This document shows, piece by piece, positions 8,741-18,389 of a stretch of 64,000 nucleotides of DNA; the first letter of the stretch is position 1, and each line of letters opens with the position of its first letter. Made by a program: the position numbers and the translations under genes. The stretch spans positions 93,013-157,012 of the forward strand of contig CAZCLW010000002.1 in the NCBI GenBank assembly GCA_964499685.1. Direction: 5' to 3'. This stretch comes from an uncultured Planctomycetales bacterium (lineage in GTDB: Bacteria > Omnitrophota > Gorgyraeia > Zapsychrales > GWA2-47-8). The notes beneath the pieces are model-generated. The model was not told where the DNA came from, ran no database searches, and worked only from the letters and a program-made list of their open reading frames with translations.

Positions 8741-9615
8741 AAACAGCTCAACTTATCCATAGCCGTGCGACCCCGCAAGCCAGGCGTTTTTTAACACAGC
8801 TGGTTTTCGGGATATGGTGGATATACATTCTCTGCGACCCTCTGTCCGATCTTGCCTCTTTGCCGCCGGCGATGTTCCAGGTTACCGGCATTCTTACCTT
8901 GCCGTTCGTCCATGGATATTTGACCGTGCCCGTGCTTTGGGTGCTGAAAATATCTTTGCTGTTGTTTTTAGCAATGGCTTTTCTGAAGGTCCGTTTTATT
9001 CTGAGCGCGCTGGCCAGCGCTGTTTTACTGACCCTTCATCAGGGACTCGTGCGGGGATTCGGGCACATTAATCATGCGGAAATTGTTTTACTGCTGGCCG
9101 TGTATGTGCTGGTTTTATGCGCCGCGGCGGACCGGTGGACGGAAAGAAAAGGGAAAGGACCCGATGAGTTCAATGCCGACAGCGTTCCCTTTATCGGGAT
9201 CCTGCTGGTCATGTGTCTTACGTATATGTTCACGGGCATCCGGCGCCTGATCTGGGCCGGGCTCGAGCCGTTTACCTCAGATACGATTTTATATCATATT
9301 CTCGTCAATTCTCTGCTCAATGATACGCCGCGGGGAGAAATCTATCGGCTGATCGTGGATAATCCTCTGATGTCAGCGTTACTGAGGGTCGGTTTTATGG
9401 TTATAAATATTTTCGAAATCCTGGCGCCATTTTGTCTTGTCTCCCGAAAATTCCGTTATGCCTTTGTGGCCGTCATGGCGCCGTTCCATATTCTGAGTTG
9501 GCTTTTAATGCATGTTTTTTTCTGGCAGACCCTGGCGTTGTATTTCCTCTTCTTCGACGTATCCTCGCGGCAGCCCAAAGGTCTTTTCCGTATTTTTATT
9601 CCCGTTTTCCGTTGA
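8737..9615 (+). CDS. Polytopic membrane protein, hypothetical (possibly HTTM/DoxX-like)
   Basis: The ATG overlaps the previous stop (ATGA). It has 8 or more TM helices and a C-terminal FHILSWLLMHVFFW segment. Family assignment is uncertain. Confidence 0.4.
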   Translation: MKTAQLIHSRATPQARRFLTQLVFGIWWIYILCDPLSDLASLPPAMFQVTGILTLPFVHGYLTVPVLWVLKISLLLFLAMAFLKVRFILSALASAVLLTLHQGLVRGFGHINHAEIVLLLAVYVLVLCAAADRWTERKGKGPDEFNADSVPFIGILLVMCLTYMFTGIRRLIWAGLEPFTSDTILYHILVNSLLNDTPRGEIYRLIVDNPLMSALLRVGFMVINIFEILAPFCLVSRKFRYAFVAVMAPFHILSWLLMHVFFWQTLALYFLFFDVSSRQPKGLFRIFIPVFR

Positions 9616-9646
9616 TAAACACCTACCAGGCATTTACAATACATCA

Positions 9647-10606
9647 ATGCGCCAATACCGCACCGAGTTCAAAAACCCGGCTTCTTACATCACGCTTTAC
9701 CTCAAAGGGGTCTGTATGGGCATCGCCGACCTCATTCCCGGCATTTCCGGCGGGACGATCGCTTTTATTACCGGCATTTATGAGGACCTTATCGAGGCTA
9801 TCAAGTCCTTCAACCTGCAGTTCATCCGCGAATGCCTTTCCTTTAAACTTAAAAAAGCCTTCACGCACGTCAACTGGCGCTTTCTGGTCACTCTGCTTGC
9901 CGGTATTTTCACCTCCGTTTTCTCGCTCTCCAAAGTAATGCATTGGCTGTGGATCTATCAGGCGGTCTGGACAAAAGCCTTCTTTCTGGGATTGATCGCG
10001 GCGACCGTTCCTATTATCGGCAGTCATATTAAAGATAAATGGGCGTTCAAAAATGTAGCGGCGATCGCGGTCTCCACGGTTATCACGTATTATATCGTGG
10101 GCCTGGTTCCGGTCACCACGCCTGAATACGCCTGGTTCATTTTTTTAAGCGGCGCGATCGGTGTCTGTGCGATGATCCTCCCGGGGATTTCGGGTTCGTT
10201 CATCTTGCTGGTCTTGGGGAAATACGAATTCATTATCGCCGCGGTCAGCAACCGGGATTTCGCTACCCTGCTTATCTTTGCCGCGGGGGGCCTTACGGGG
10301 TTGCTCAGCATCGTGCGTTTCTTGAGCTGGCTCCTGCACAAATACCATAATCCGACCCTGGCAGTCCTCACCGGATTGGTCATCGGATCGATGCGCAAGA
10401 TCTGGCCCTGGACCGAGGCTTTGGAGACCATGACCACGCCTAAGGGTAAAGTGATTATCCTCGAAGAGATCAATGTCCTGCCTTCAACCTTCGGCACCCC
10501 TGAGATGATCGCCGTTGTTTTTATCGCTCTGGGTTTTGCCGCCGCGTATCTCCTTAGTTCCGTCAAGACGGAACACCTCAAGACGACCTATCACGAGAAG
10601 AAATAG
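9647..10606 (+). CDS. DUF368 family membrane protein (PopT-like polyprenyl-phosphate translocase candidate)
   Basis: Duplicated signature PGISGGTIAF / PGISGSFILLVLG, characteristic of DUF368. The upstream part of ORF 9512 overlaps the previous gene, so an internal ATG (9647, or 9716 at MGIAD) is used. Confidence 0.7.
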   Translation: MRQYRTEFKNPASYITLYLKGVCMGIADLIPGISGGTIAFITGIYEDLIEAIKSFNLQFIRECLSFKLKKAFTHVNWRFLVTLLAGIFTSVFSLSKVMHWLWIYQAVWTKAFFLGLIAATVPIIGSHIKDKWAFKNVAAIAVSTVITYYIVGLVPVTTPEYAWFIFLSGAIGVCAMILPGISGSFILLVLGKYEFIIAAVSNRDFATLLIFAAGGLTGLLSIVRFLSWLLHKYHNPTLAVLTGLVIGSMRKIWPWTEALETMTTPKGKVIILEEINVLPSTFGTPEMIAVVFIALGFAAAYLLSSVKTEHLKTTYHEKK

Positions 10607-10678
10607 CTTTAATCCTATTTTCATCTTCCCTTAATCCTCCCTTTGGTAAAGTGAATTCAGCACGCTAAAGGAGGGGGT

Positions 10679-11101
10679 ATGCGCCAGCAAAAAATAACGA
10701 AGTTCTACAGTGCCGGGCTCGCGGCGCTGATCTGGACTTCCACGGCCGCCGTTCCGACGGTAGAGCAGGGTATTCAAGGGGTAAACCCCGAAGTCTCCCA
10801 GGAAATACAGTTGCGTTCTCCCGGCGAGCGATATGAAGGCGCAACCAGCGGCGAATCGTTTTCTCTCTGGCCGGAGAACGCGGTCAATGTCATCCGGGGC
10901 GAGGTCGTCTGGGTGGATGCGGACGATCAGATGATCACGGTCAAGGACATCGCGACCGGCATGCAGTTGACGACCCGTGTGGCCGATCCCAGCACGCTGG
11001 GGTCTTTCGCGCCGGGCGACCGGGTGCGGGTGACGTTTGGGACCGATGATAAGACGACCGCTACATCCGTGGTGGCGGAGGAAGACTGGAAAAAAGAATG
11101 A
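10679..11101 (+). CDS. Small secreted OB-fold protein, CusF-like / DUF5666-like (paralog 1 of 3)
   Basis: Signal peptide. The C-terminal pattern G-x-V-x-x-VD....ITV.D..TG......V....L..F..GD.V.V matches the periplasmic CusF-type barrel. It lacks the Met/His metal ligands. RBS AAGGAGGGGG. Confidence 0.45.
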   Translation: MRQQKITKFYSAGLAALIWTSTAAVPTVEQGIQGVNPEVSQEIQLRSPGERYEGATSGESFSLWPENAVNVIRGEVVWVDADDQMITVKDIATGMQLTTRVADPSTLGSFAPGDRVRVTFGTDDKTTATSVVAEEDWKKE

Positions 11102-11319
11102 CCTGTTAACGGGATTTTAACGTTCTTTTAATCAGGATTATTGTATAAAGATATTGGCTCTTTGTGAGGGTCTGGAAGCCTTATTGCCGGGATCTGATTT
11201 TCATACAAAAAGGATTTTGGAAAACCTGCAGAGGAAACTCTGTTAGGTTTTCCGCTAGATCCGGTAATAAGGCTTCATTAACAGATTTTCGCAAAGAGCC
11301 TTTTTTATGGAGGTCCGCC

Positions 11320-12042
11320 ATGTTGAATAAAGCCAAAGAATTATTAGGTTTTCGCATCCATGCCAGGGACGGTGAAATAGGGGATGTGTATGATGTCCTC
11401 TTTGATCAGGAGGGATGGATCGCACGTTATCTGGTCGTCGAGACCGCGTTGTTTTTGGGCCGGCGCGTGCTTATTTCGATCGGTGCGGTTAAAGGAGAGC
11501 CCGATTCTATCGCCAAAGAGTTCCATGTCGATCTGACCCGGGACCAGGTCAAGAACAGCCCGGTCGTAGACACCGAACTTCCGATAACCCGTAAAGTGGA
11601 AAAAGCGGTCAATGACTATTACCGCTGGCCTTTGTACTGGAATACCAGTATGGCGGCCGGTTATGTTGTTCCGGTTTCGCCGCCGGTTGCTGTCGCAGAG
11701 CCCGAGCAGGCAACACATTTAAGGTCTTTGCGTGAAATGACCCATTATGCCATTCACGCTTCCGACGGAAAACTCGGTCATGTGGAGGACCTGATCGTTG
11801 ATCCGCAGGGGAGGGTTCTGTACCTCATCATCGATACCAAAAACTGGCTGCCGGGTAAAAAGGTCCTGATCGCGGTTTCCTGGATCAAAACGATCTCATA
11901 CGCGGATGAGGAGGTCACCACTGACCTGAGCCGTTCGGAGATCAGGCGCAGCCCGCCGTATGATCAGAGGGTGCTTTTAAGCCGGGAATATGAAGAAGAC
12001 CTGTATAAATATTATGACCGTCCGGGTTACTGGAACAGTTGA
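11320..12042 (+). CDS. PRC-barrel domain protein (two tandem PRC barrels)
   Basis: The internal ATG is preceded by GGAGG. Two repeats of the H...DG.IG.V.D...D......YL pattern (HARDGEIGDVYDVLFDQEGWIARYLVV and HASDGKLGHVEDLIVDPQGRVLYLII) are present. Confidence 0.6.
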   Translation: MLNKAKELLGFRIHARDGEIGDVYDVLFDQEGWIARYLVVETALFLGRRVLISIGAVKGEPDSIAKEFHVDLTRDQVKNSPVVDTELPITRKVEKAVNDYYRWPLYWNTSMAAGYVVPVSPPVAVAEPEQATHLRSLREMTHYAIHASDGKLGHVEDLIVDPQGRVLYLIIDTKNWLPGKKVLIAVSWIKTISYADEEVTTDLSRSEIRRSPPYDQRVLLSREYEEDLYKYYDRPGYWNS

Positions 12043-12087
12043 AAAGGGCAAAATTTTCTGTACACCCCGGCGGTAAGCTGTTATATT

Positions 12088-13332
12088 TTGGGCAAAACTA
12101 TGTTACGTTTTGCCTTTCGCTATTTCTACAGCCAGATCGACGAGATCAAAAACGACACGGCCCTGCGTCTTTACGGTGCCTTTGTGGCCTTTGGCTATTT
12201 CCTTTGCTATACCGTCTGGGACGGCAAGCGCACCGCTCTTGAACTGGCCGATCCCGCCCAAGCGTACTGCTGGCCGTTCTTCCTGAACTGTTACGAACAC
12301 CGCTATCTTAACGCCGCCCAGGTCGAACAGATCATCCTGTTCTATGGCCTTGCCTGTGTTGTGGGTGTTTTACTTTTTCTCTCCCGCAAGACGACGTCCG
12401 CCGCCTACTGGTGGCTCGTCGGCATAACCATCCTCAAGACTTTGATCTACGTGCAGGACTACCGTCTGCGCATGAACCAGCATTACATGCTCTACTGGGT
12501 CACGCTGGCTTATTTATTCTTTCCGTATAAACGCCAGATGCTGCGTTATCTTCTTGTCTTTTTTTATTTTTGGGCGTCTGTTTTGAAATACAACGTGGAA
12601 TGGATGTCGGGAAAGGCGCTTTACGCCAAGCCGTTTCTGGTGCCGTGGCGCTTAGTGCCGGCGTCCTGTGTGTACGCCGCGCTGTTGGAGACGTTCATTT
12701 CCTGGGGAACGCTAAGCGCGAACCGCTGGATATACTGGTTCGCGCTCTCGCAGTTGTGGCTGTTCCATATCGCTTCGTGGAATGTGGTGGGGCCGTTCTA
12801 TCCGATGTTGATGTTCGGGCTGTTGATGATCTTCCCGCTCACCTATTTTACGCCGCCCGCCCCATCGGAGCCTAAAAGTCTTTGGGCCGCGCTGGTCAAA
12901 GGAAAGCAGCAGCCGGTCATTTATATTTTTCTGGGCGTTTTTTCCATATTTCAATTGGTCCCCATCGTCATCCCCGGCGATGAAAAGATAACCGGTGAGG
13001 GACGGCTTTTCGCACTGCACATGTTCGACGCCCGGGTCAAATGCCAAGGGGCGGTCACTGTGAAGTTTAAAGACGGGAGGACCGAGGTGATCGAGATCCC
13101 CGTCAAACACACGGCCCGCATCCAGTGCGATCCGGTCGTCAACTTGACGATCGCCAAGCGCACGTGCTACTTGAATCGCGATAATCCGGACTTCCGGAAC
13201 GTAGACCTCTATTATGAGGCCCGCCGGGCGCATGAAAAGGTAATGCGGCCGCTCGTCGATATTCCGGATGTCTGCGACAAGGACATTTCCTACCGCCTGC
13301 TGGGCACCAACGACTGGATAAAACGTTACTGA
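12088..13332 (+). CDS. Polytopic membrane protein, possibly HTTM-like, hypothetical
   Basis: 414 aa with an N-terminal 270-aa multi-TM domain (Trp/Tyr-rich helices, ...LWLFHIASWNVVGPFYPMLMFGLLMIF) and a C-terminal soluble region of about 140 aa. Confidence 0.4.
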   Translation: MGKTMLRFAFRYFYSQIDEIKNDTALRLYGAFVAFGYFLCYTVWDGKRTALELADPAQAYCWPFFLNCYEHRYLNAAQVEQIILFYGLACVVGVLLFLSRKTTSAAYWWLVGITILKTLIYVQDYRLRMNQHYMLYWVTLAYLFFPYKRQMLRYLLVFFYFWASVLKYNVEWMSGKALYAKPFLVPWRLVPASCVYAALLETFISWGTLSANRWIYWFALSQLWLFHIASWNVVGPFYPMLMFGLLMIFPLTYFTPPAPSEPKSLWAALVKGKQQPVIYIFLGVFSIFQLVPIVIPGDEKITGEGRLFALHMFDARVKCQGAVTVKFKDGRTEVIEIPVKHTARIQCDPVVNLTIAKRTCYLNRDNPDFRNVDLYYEARRAHEKVMRPLVDIPDVCDKDISYRLLGTNDWIKRY

Positions 13333-13333
13333 T

Positions 13334-13876
13334 CTATTCGATATCTTCGGAACCCGTCTCCAGGAATTCGCTTTCCCCGGTTTGGGCTTCCTCATTGATA
13401 CCGCTCTCGGCGATCTCGGTCAATTTCTTGTCCGCTTCTTTTTCCTCTTCCAGAGTCTGCTGTAAAAGATCAAGGTCCTGGTTCTGCCCGAGGCGTTCGG
13501 CAAAAGTGCACAGCGTGCCGTAGGCCGCGATCTCATAATGCTCGGCCCGCTGGGCGGCTTCGATCAATCCCGCGTCCATCACTTCGGGGGCGGCCTTCAT
13601 CTGCAGCAGAGAAGAGCCTTCCTTGATGATCCCCTTGATGCCTTCACAGGAGACATTGTCCGGCTTTTGCTCGTGATTATGGAGGATTTTCTCGATGCGG
13701 TTGACCTGTTCTTCGGTCACGCGCAGGTGTTCTTCCAGGGCACTGCGCAGCTGGGGCGAAGAGGCCTTTTTGGCCAGCTTGGGCAGGGCCTTGGTCAGCT
13801 GGACCTCGGCGTTGTGCATGTCCTGAAGATCGTGGATATAAAGATCGTTTAAGGAATTCAATGTTTCTTTTTTCAT
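13334..13876 (-). CDS. Ferritin-like protein of the YciE/YciF (DUF892) family
   Basis: LNDLYIHDLQDMHNAEVQLTKALPKLA...EHYEIAAYGTL matches the DUF892 ferritin-like four-helix signature. Confidence 0.8.
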   Translation of the reverse strand: MKKETLNSLNDLYIHDLQDMHNAEVQLTKALPKLAKKASSPQLRSALEEHLRVTEEQVNRIEKILHNHEQKPDNVSCEGIKGIIKEGSSLLQMKAAPEVMDAGLIEAAQRAEHYEIAAYGTLCTFAERLGQNQDLDLLQQTLEEEKEADKKLTEIAESGINEEAQTGESEFLETGSEDIE

Positions 13877-13977
13877 AATGCGCTCCTTTCTTTAACACGC
13901 AAAATATTGTAAGCGTATTGTAAAAGAACGCATGTTAAGGCGGGATTAAAAAAGGATTAAAAAGGGAATAGAATATA

Positions 13978-14031
13978 TAGGGACAGACTCTATTTATTTA
14001 AGAGTCTGTCCCTAAACAGGGTCTGTCCCTA
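13978..14031. repeat. Cluster of three copies of the palindromic motif TAGGGACAGnCCC (one pair forms an 11-bp stem hairpin)
   Basis: TAGGGACAGAC ... GTCTGTCCCTA ... GGGTCTGTCCCTA. It lies in the intergenic gap downstream of the TorF-like gene and upstream of the yciE-like gene. Confidence 0.7.
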
Positions 14032-14035
14032 TGTA

Positions 14036-14833
14036 TTAAAACGCAAAGGCGAGCGACATCCCGCCGTAGAATCTGTCCTCCTGAACGTTGATCCCGCCGT
14101 TGGCGGTGTCATCTTCCAGATCATCCCACGGTGTGCTGTAGGCGATCTTGGGGGTCAAGGTCACGTTCTCCGAAAGCGGCACGGTCAACGAGGCGGTCGT
14201 CAAAGAATACCCGCCCTCGCCGATGATGAAGGCGTCGTTGTTCAGGCCGATCTCCTGGCCCAGATTGAGCGCGATACCGTATTTTTCGTTTAAGGTGAAG
14301 CTGTGGCTGATGCCGAACATGTAATATTGCCCGTCGGCGCCGCCATGGGCTTCATCGCCGTAATCGAGATACGCGGTAAAATACGGCGAAAGAAGCGTAG
14401 CGAGGCTCAGGCCCACGTAGAATTCCTCCGTGTGCGTCCCGGCCTCGGGAAAAGCGTACCACGTATGGCCGAACTTTACGTCCACCACTTCGAGTGCTTC
14501 ATTAATAAAACCAAGATCGTGATGATAGCCAACCCAGCCGTCAACCTCATCAGAGGCCAGGGCGTCCTTGGACTCGAGGTCCCAGCTCCCCCAAAACCCG
14601 CCCTGAAAACCTCCGGACGTCACGGTCAGGGCCGGCTGCATCACGTTGTCTTTATCGAGGGTAAACCCGCGCCAGACGTATTTGTCGTAGTAATCGATCG
14701 AAGCGGTCACTTCCAGATCGACGCCTTTTTCTTTTAAAAGATCGCCGAACAGGGTTTCCGCGGCGGCGGGCCGGGTGAGGCACAGGACCAGCAGTATTCC
14801 GAGCCACATTGAGGTTAGATTTTTGCGTTGCAT
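14036..14833 (-). CDS. TorF-family putative porin (outer-membrane beta-barrel)
   Basis: Signal peptide. The SIDYYDKYVWRGFTL...GGFQGGFWGSWDL motif is typical of the TIGR02001/TorF family. Alternating amphipathic strands and a C-terminal ...SLAFAF ending in Phe. The internal ATG has a perfect GGAGGAACA RBS. Confidence 0.7.
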   Translation of the reverse strand: MQRKNLTSMWLGILLVLCLTRPAAAETLFGDLLKEKGVDLEVTASIDYYDKYVWRGFTLDKDNVMQPALTVTSGGFQGGFWGSWDLESKDALASDEVDGWVGYHHDLGFINEALEVVDVKFGHTWYAFPEAGTHTEEFYVGLSLATLLSPYFTAYLDYGDEAHGGADGQYYMFGISHSFTLNEKYGIALNLGQEIGLNNDAFIIGEGGYSLTTASLTVPLSENVTLTPKIAYSTPWDDLEDDTANGGINVQEDRFYGGMSLAFAF

Positions 14834-15101
14834 TGTTCCTCCTTCTGTTGGTGTGGTTTGACGGTTTGGCTTTTTCTGCTCTCCCAACAGAAAAAGCCCC
14901 TGAGGGAAATTCCCCCAAGGGCTTCAACGCCTTTTTCCGAAAAAGACCCCGTGTCTTTTTTACGGAAAATAAAAAAATCCGGCTCGCGTTTATTCACGGC
15001 CGGACTTCAGTGTCTTTTTAAGCGCATGCGAGCTTCTTTGCTCAAATGCAACGCTGACAATATAAAACACCTCGGTGTATGTGTCAAGGGTTTTGTTTTT
15101 G

Positions 15102-15335
15102 TCACGCGCGGTCCTGCACCAGATGCGCGCCGGACTCGGTGGCGCAATGCGCGCAGCAGAAGATCTGGCCGTTCTCTTCGACGCCGTGGCCGATGATCTT
15201 GCACGCACAGTGCGGACACGAGGGAGCGAGCGCGTGGATCGCGCATTCAAAACAATCGAACGTTTCTTCTTTATCGCCCATCACGACCGTGAAGGTCTTG
15301 TCATATTCATTCCCGCAGGTTTTGCATTTAGCCAT
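15102..15335 (-). CDS. Small cysteine/histidine-rich metal-binding protein
   Basis: 77 aa with CxxCG, CFEC, CPHCAC and CCAHC clusters (12 Cys plus several His). GGAGGTG RBS. Confidence 0.5.
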   Translation of the reverse strand: MAKCKTCGNEYDKTFTVVMGDKEETFDCFECAIHALAPSCPHCACKIIGHGVEENGQIFCCAHCATESGAHLVQDRA

Positions 15336-15410
15336 AGTACACCTCCATTATTTTTTGTTATAATCGCATTTTAAGGAAAGCAAGATGAAGGGAGAATTAA
15401 AAGAAAATTA

Positions 15411-16076
15411 ATGGGCAGATACGCCTGGCTTAGTATTTTCTCCATCCTTATGACCGCATCGATTGGACATACGGCCCAACCCTTACGCTATCTGGCGCTG
15501 GGCGATTCCTACACCGCCGGCCACGGCCTAAAACCGGCTGAGAGCTGGCCCTACCAATTGGCCGCGCATGTGCACGCCAAGGGCCTCGCGATTGCCGAAC
15601 CCGTCGTGATCGCCGTGTCCGGCTGGACAACGGCCAATCTTTTATCCGCCCTTGAAAGGAAGAGCTTCGAGCAGCCCTTTGACCTGGTCACGCTGATGAT
15701 CGGCACCAATGACCAGTTTCAGGGCCGCGATCCCATGGTCTTTGCCAAGGATTTAAATACACTGATCCAGAAAGCGGTTACCCTGGCCGGCAATGACCCT
15801 GCGAAGGTCCTGGTCATCACGCTTCCCGACTGGAGCGTGACACCCTATGCCGTCGATCTAAACCGCGCCCTCATCGCCCGGGATATAGACGGGTTTAACG
15901 GGATCGTATCCGCCCTGGCCGCCAAAAATCAGGCCGCTTATTTCGACATCGCGCCCGCCTCCCGCGGACAAACACAAGAGGATATGTTCATCGACGACGG
16001 CCTGCACCCGTCGGCAAAAGGCTATGCCGGCTGGGCAAAAGCCATTTTGCCCGAAGTCCTGCGCCTGCTCAAATGA
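15411..16076 (+). CDS. SGNH/GDSL family hydrolase (secreted esterase/lipase-like)
   Basis: Signal peptide. GDSYTAG block I (catalytic Ser), GTND block III, DGLHP block V. Confidence 0.8.
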   Translation: MGRYAWLSIFSILMTASIGHTAQPLRYLALGDSYTAGHGLKPAESWPYQLAAHVHAKGLAIAEPVVIAVSGWTTANLLSALERKSFEQPFDLVTLMIGTNDQFQGRDPMVFAKDLNTLIQKAVTLAGNDPAKVLVITLPDWSVTPYAVDLNRALIARDIDGFNGIVSALAAKNQAAYFDIAPASRGQTQEDMFIDDGLHPSAKGYAGWAKAILPEVLRLLK

Positions 16077-17860
16077 AAAAGACCGCCTTAGCGACAATTT
16101 TTTTATTCCTCTGCGGATGCGCGGCGCCTGTCGCGCAGGAGCGCACCGCCTCCATTATCTTGAATGATGTTCATTCGCGGCTGAATCCCACGCGCGTGGC
16201 TGAAGTCCATTATCCTAAATCAACCAAAGACATCGTCGCCATCGTCAAAGACGCCAAGCGCCGTCAAAAGCCGGTGAGCATTTCCGGCGGACGGCACGCC
16301 ATGGGCGGACAGCAATTCGGCGAGGACACGGTCCACATCAGCATGAAGGAGATGAACGATGTCCTTTCCTTTAATAAGGAGACCGGCATTGTGCGCGTGG
16401 AGGCCGGTATCGGCTGGCCCAAACTGCTCGACTATCTCGCCAAAGAACAGGAAGGGCAGTGGCCGCAATGGGCGATCGCTCAGAAGCAGACCGGCGCGGA
16501 TGAGCTCTCGCTGGGCGGCGCGCTTTCGGCCAACGCGCACGGCCGGGGCGTGCGTTACAGGCCCATTATCCAGGATGTGGAGCGCTTCACGCTGGTTGAC
16601 AGCGATGGGAAAGTTTTACAGGTAAGCCGCACGGAGAATGCGGAATTGTTCTCTCTGGCGATCGGCGGTTATGGACTTTTCGGCGTTATCGCGACCGTGG
16701 ACTTACGGCTCCAGCCGCGTCAGAAACTGCAAAGAGATGTTGAGGTCATTTCGATCGAGGATCTCCCGGAAAAGACGAAGCAAAAATTGGCCGAAGGCTA
16801 TCTCTACGGCGATTTCCAGTACAAGACCGACGCGGCCGCGAGTGATTTCATGCAGAAAGGTGTTTTCACCGGCTACAAGCCCGTACCGCCCGAGACGCCT
16901 ATCCCTGAGGGGCAAAAGGTTTTGACAACCGACGAGTGGTATAAATTGATCCACCTCGCGCACGTGGACAAGTCCCGGGCCTTTGAGGTCTACAGTCAGC
17001 ATTATTTGAAGACCAACGGCCAGATCTATTGGTCCGATACCATGCAGCTGGGATTTTACGCGGACCAGTACGTGGAATATCTGGAGAAGGCCATGCCGGA
17101 TTATCCCCAGGGTTCGCTGATGATCACGGAAGTGTATGTGCCGCGGCCCAAACTGACTGAATTCATCTATAAAGTGATCGACGACGCACGGGCCCACAAT
17201 GTCAACATCATCTACGGCACCATGCGCTTGATCGAGAAAGATGATGAAAGTTTTCTGGCCTGGGCCAAACAAAATTATGCCTGCGTTATCTTTAATCTGC
17301 GCGTGGACGCGGGCGAGGAGGGATCGAAGAAAGCGCAGGAAGATTTTCAGCGGCTGATCGACCGGGCGTTGGAGTTTGATGGCTCCTATTTCCTGACCTA
17401 TCACCGCTGGGCGCGCAAAGACCAAGTGCTCAAAGCCTATCCGCAATTCCCTGAATTCCTGCGCTTAAAGTTAAAATACGATCCCGAAGAGCGTTTCCAG
17501 AGCGAGTGGTACCGGTATTACAAGAAGTTTATCGGAACAGGCCCCGCCGACCCATTTTTCCAAAAGCATGTTGAGCCGTGGCTTGACGATCCGGAGACCG
17601 AATCCATCTTTTTAGGCGCGGCGCTGGAAGACCCCCAGCCGCATCTTGAAGGCCCGTGGCCGCACTATGTTGTGGGCTTCCGGGTCGAAAAGCAATTTAA
17701 GGGCGCTCCGGAAGCGGAGATCGAGCTCCTGCTCGATGCGCCCCTTGATGAAAACTTTGTCGAGATCAACGAAGGCGGGACGTACCTTATCCGGAAGGAA
17801 CAGGGGAACTTTTTGAACGTCATCCCGGCGCCAAAGGACCAATCCCCGTCGGAAATTTAG
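16073..17860 (+). CDS. FAD-binding oxidoreductase (PCMH-type FAD_binding_4 domain, GULO/alditol-oxidase-like) lipoprotein
   Basis: Lipobox LFLCGC. The FAD-binding segment PKSTKDIVAIVKDAKRRQKPVSISGGRHAMGG is typical of the vanillyl-alcohol-oxidase superfamily. A long C-terminal extension is present. Confidence 0.7.
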   Translation: MKKTALATIFLFLCGCAAPVAQERTASIILNDVHSRLNPTRVAEVHYPKSTKDIVAIVKDAKRRQKPVSISGGRHAMGGQQFGEDTVHISMKEMNDVLSFNKETGIVRVEAGIGWPKLLDYLAKEQEGQWPQWAIAQKQTGADELSLGGALSANAHGRGVRYRPIIQDVERFTLVDSDGKVLQVSRTENAELFSLAIGGYGLFGVIATVDLRLQPRQKLQRDVEVISIEDLPEKTKQKLAEGYLYGDFQYKTDAAASDFMQKGVFTGYKPVPPETPIPEGQKVLTTDEWYKLIHLAHVDKSRAFEVYSQHYLKTNGQIYWSDTMQLGFYADQYVEYLEKAMPDYPQGSLMITEVYVPRPKLTEFIYKVIDDARAHNVNIIYGTMRLIEKDDESFLAWAKQNYACVIFNLRVDAGEEGSKKAQEDFQRLIDRALEFDGSYFLTYHRWARKDQVLKAYPQFPEFLRLKLKYDPEERFQSEWYRYYKKFIGTGPADPFFQKHVEPWLDDPETESIFLGAALEDPQPHLEGPWPHYVVGFRVEKQFKGAPEAEIELLLDAPLDENFVEINEGGTYLIRKEQGNFLNVIPAPKDQSPSEI

Positions 17861-17948
17861 ATTGACAAATTTTCCCTCGGGCGCTACAAGAGGAATTAGG
17901 GTACCATACCTATTTTGACGATATAAAAAGAATTCCTGGGGTTAAAAA

Positions 17949-18353
17949 ATGAGTAATTCGGATATTGAAGAAAGCATCAAACAATATTTACTCAATTTAA
18001 AGACGTTGTATGGTGAGATTAAATCTATTTGGCTGATCGGCTCAAGAGCGAACAACGCTGCAACTGATAATTCGGATTGGGATTTTCTGCTCTTCGGGAG
18101 TAAAAATGTTTTCAGGGCGTTGCAAAATGATCAATCATTTAAAAGAGAAAAAATAGATTTACTTGTCGTGGATGAGGATGGGGAATTTAAAGATCCATGG
18201 CAAAATAAAAACGGCGATCTCGCCTCCTGGCGTTGGAAAAAACAATCAGAAAATACAGCAACTTATCGTTCTACAAAATTTATACCGGATGAGCCAGAGG
18301 GCGATTTGGGTACTTTTGAAGAGAAATGGTTTAAAGCTATAAGGATTTTATAA
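17949..18353 (+). CDS. Minimal nucleotidyltransferase (Pol-beta-type NTase fold)
   Basis: hG[GS]...DxD signature IWLIGSRANNAATDNSDWDFLLFG plus a downstream acidic LLVVDED. 134 aa. The region is strongly AT-rich relative to its flanks. Confidence 0.6.
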   Translation: MSNSDIEESIKQYLLNLKTLYGEIKSIWLIGSRANNAATDNSDWDFLLFGSKNVFRALQNDQSFKREKIDLLVVDEDGEFKDPWQNKNGDLASWRWKKQSENTATYRSTKFIPDEPEGDLGTFEEKWFKAIRIL

Positions 18354-18389
18354 GGATAAGGCATGCGCAATTAACTGGAGAGTCTTGAT

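Noticed and set aside
16703-17446. 247-aa minus-strand ORF inside the FAD oxidoreductase gene
   Set aside because: Antisense to a gene with a conserved FAD-binding motif. No independent support.
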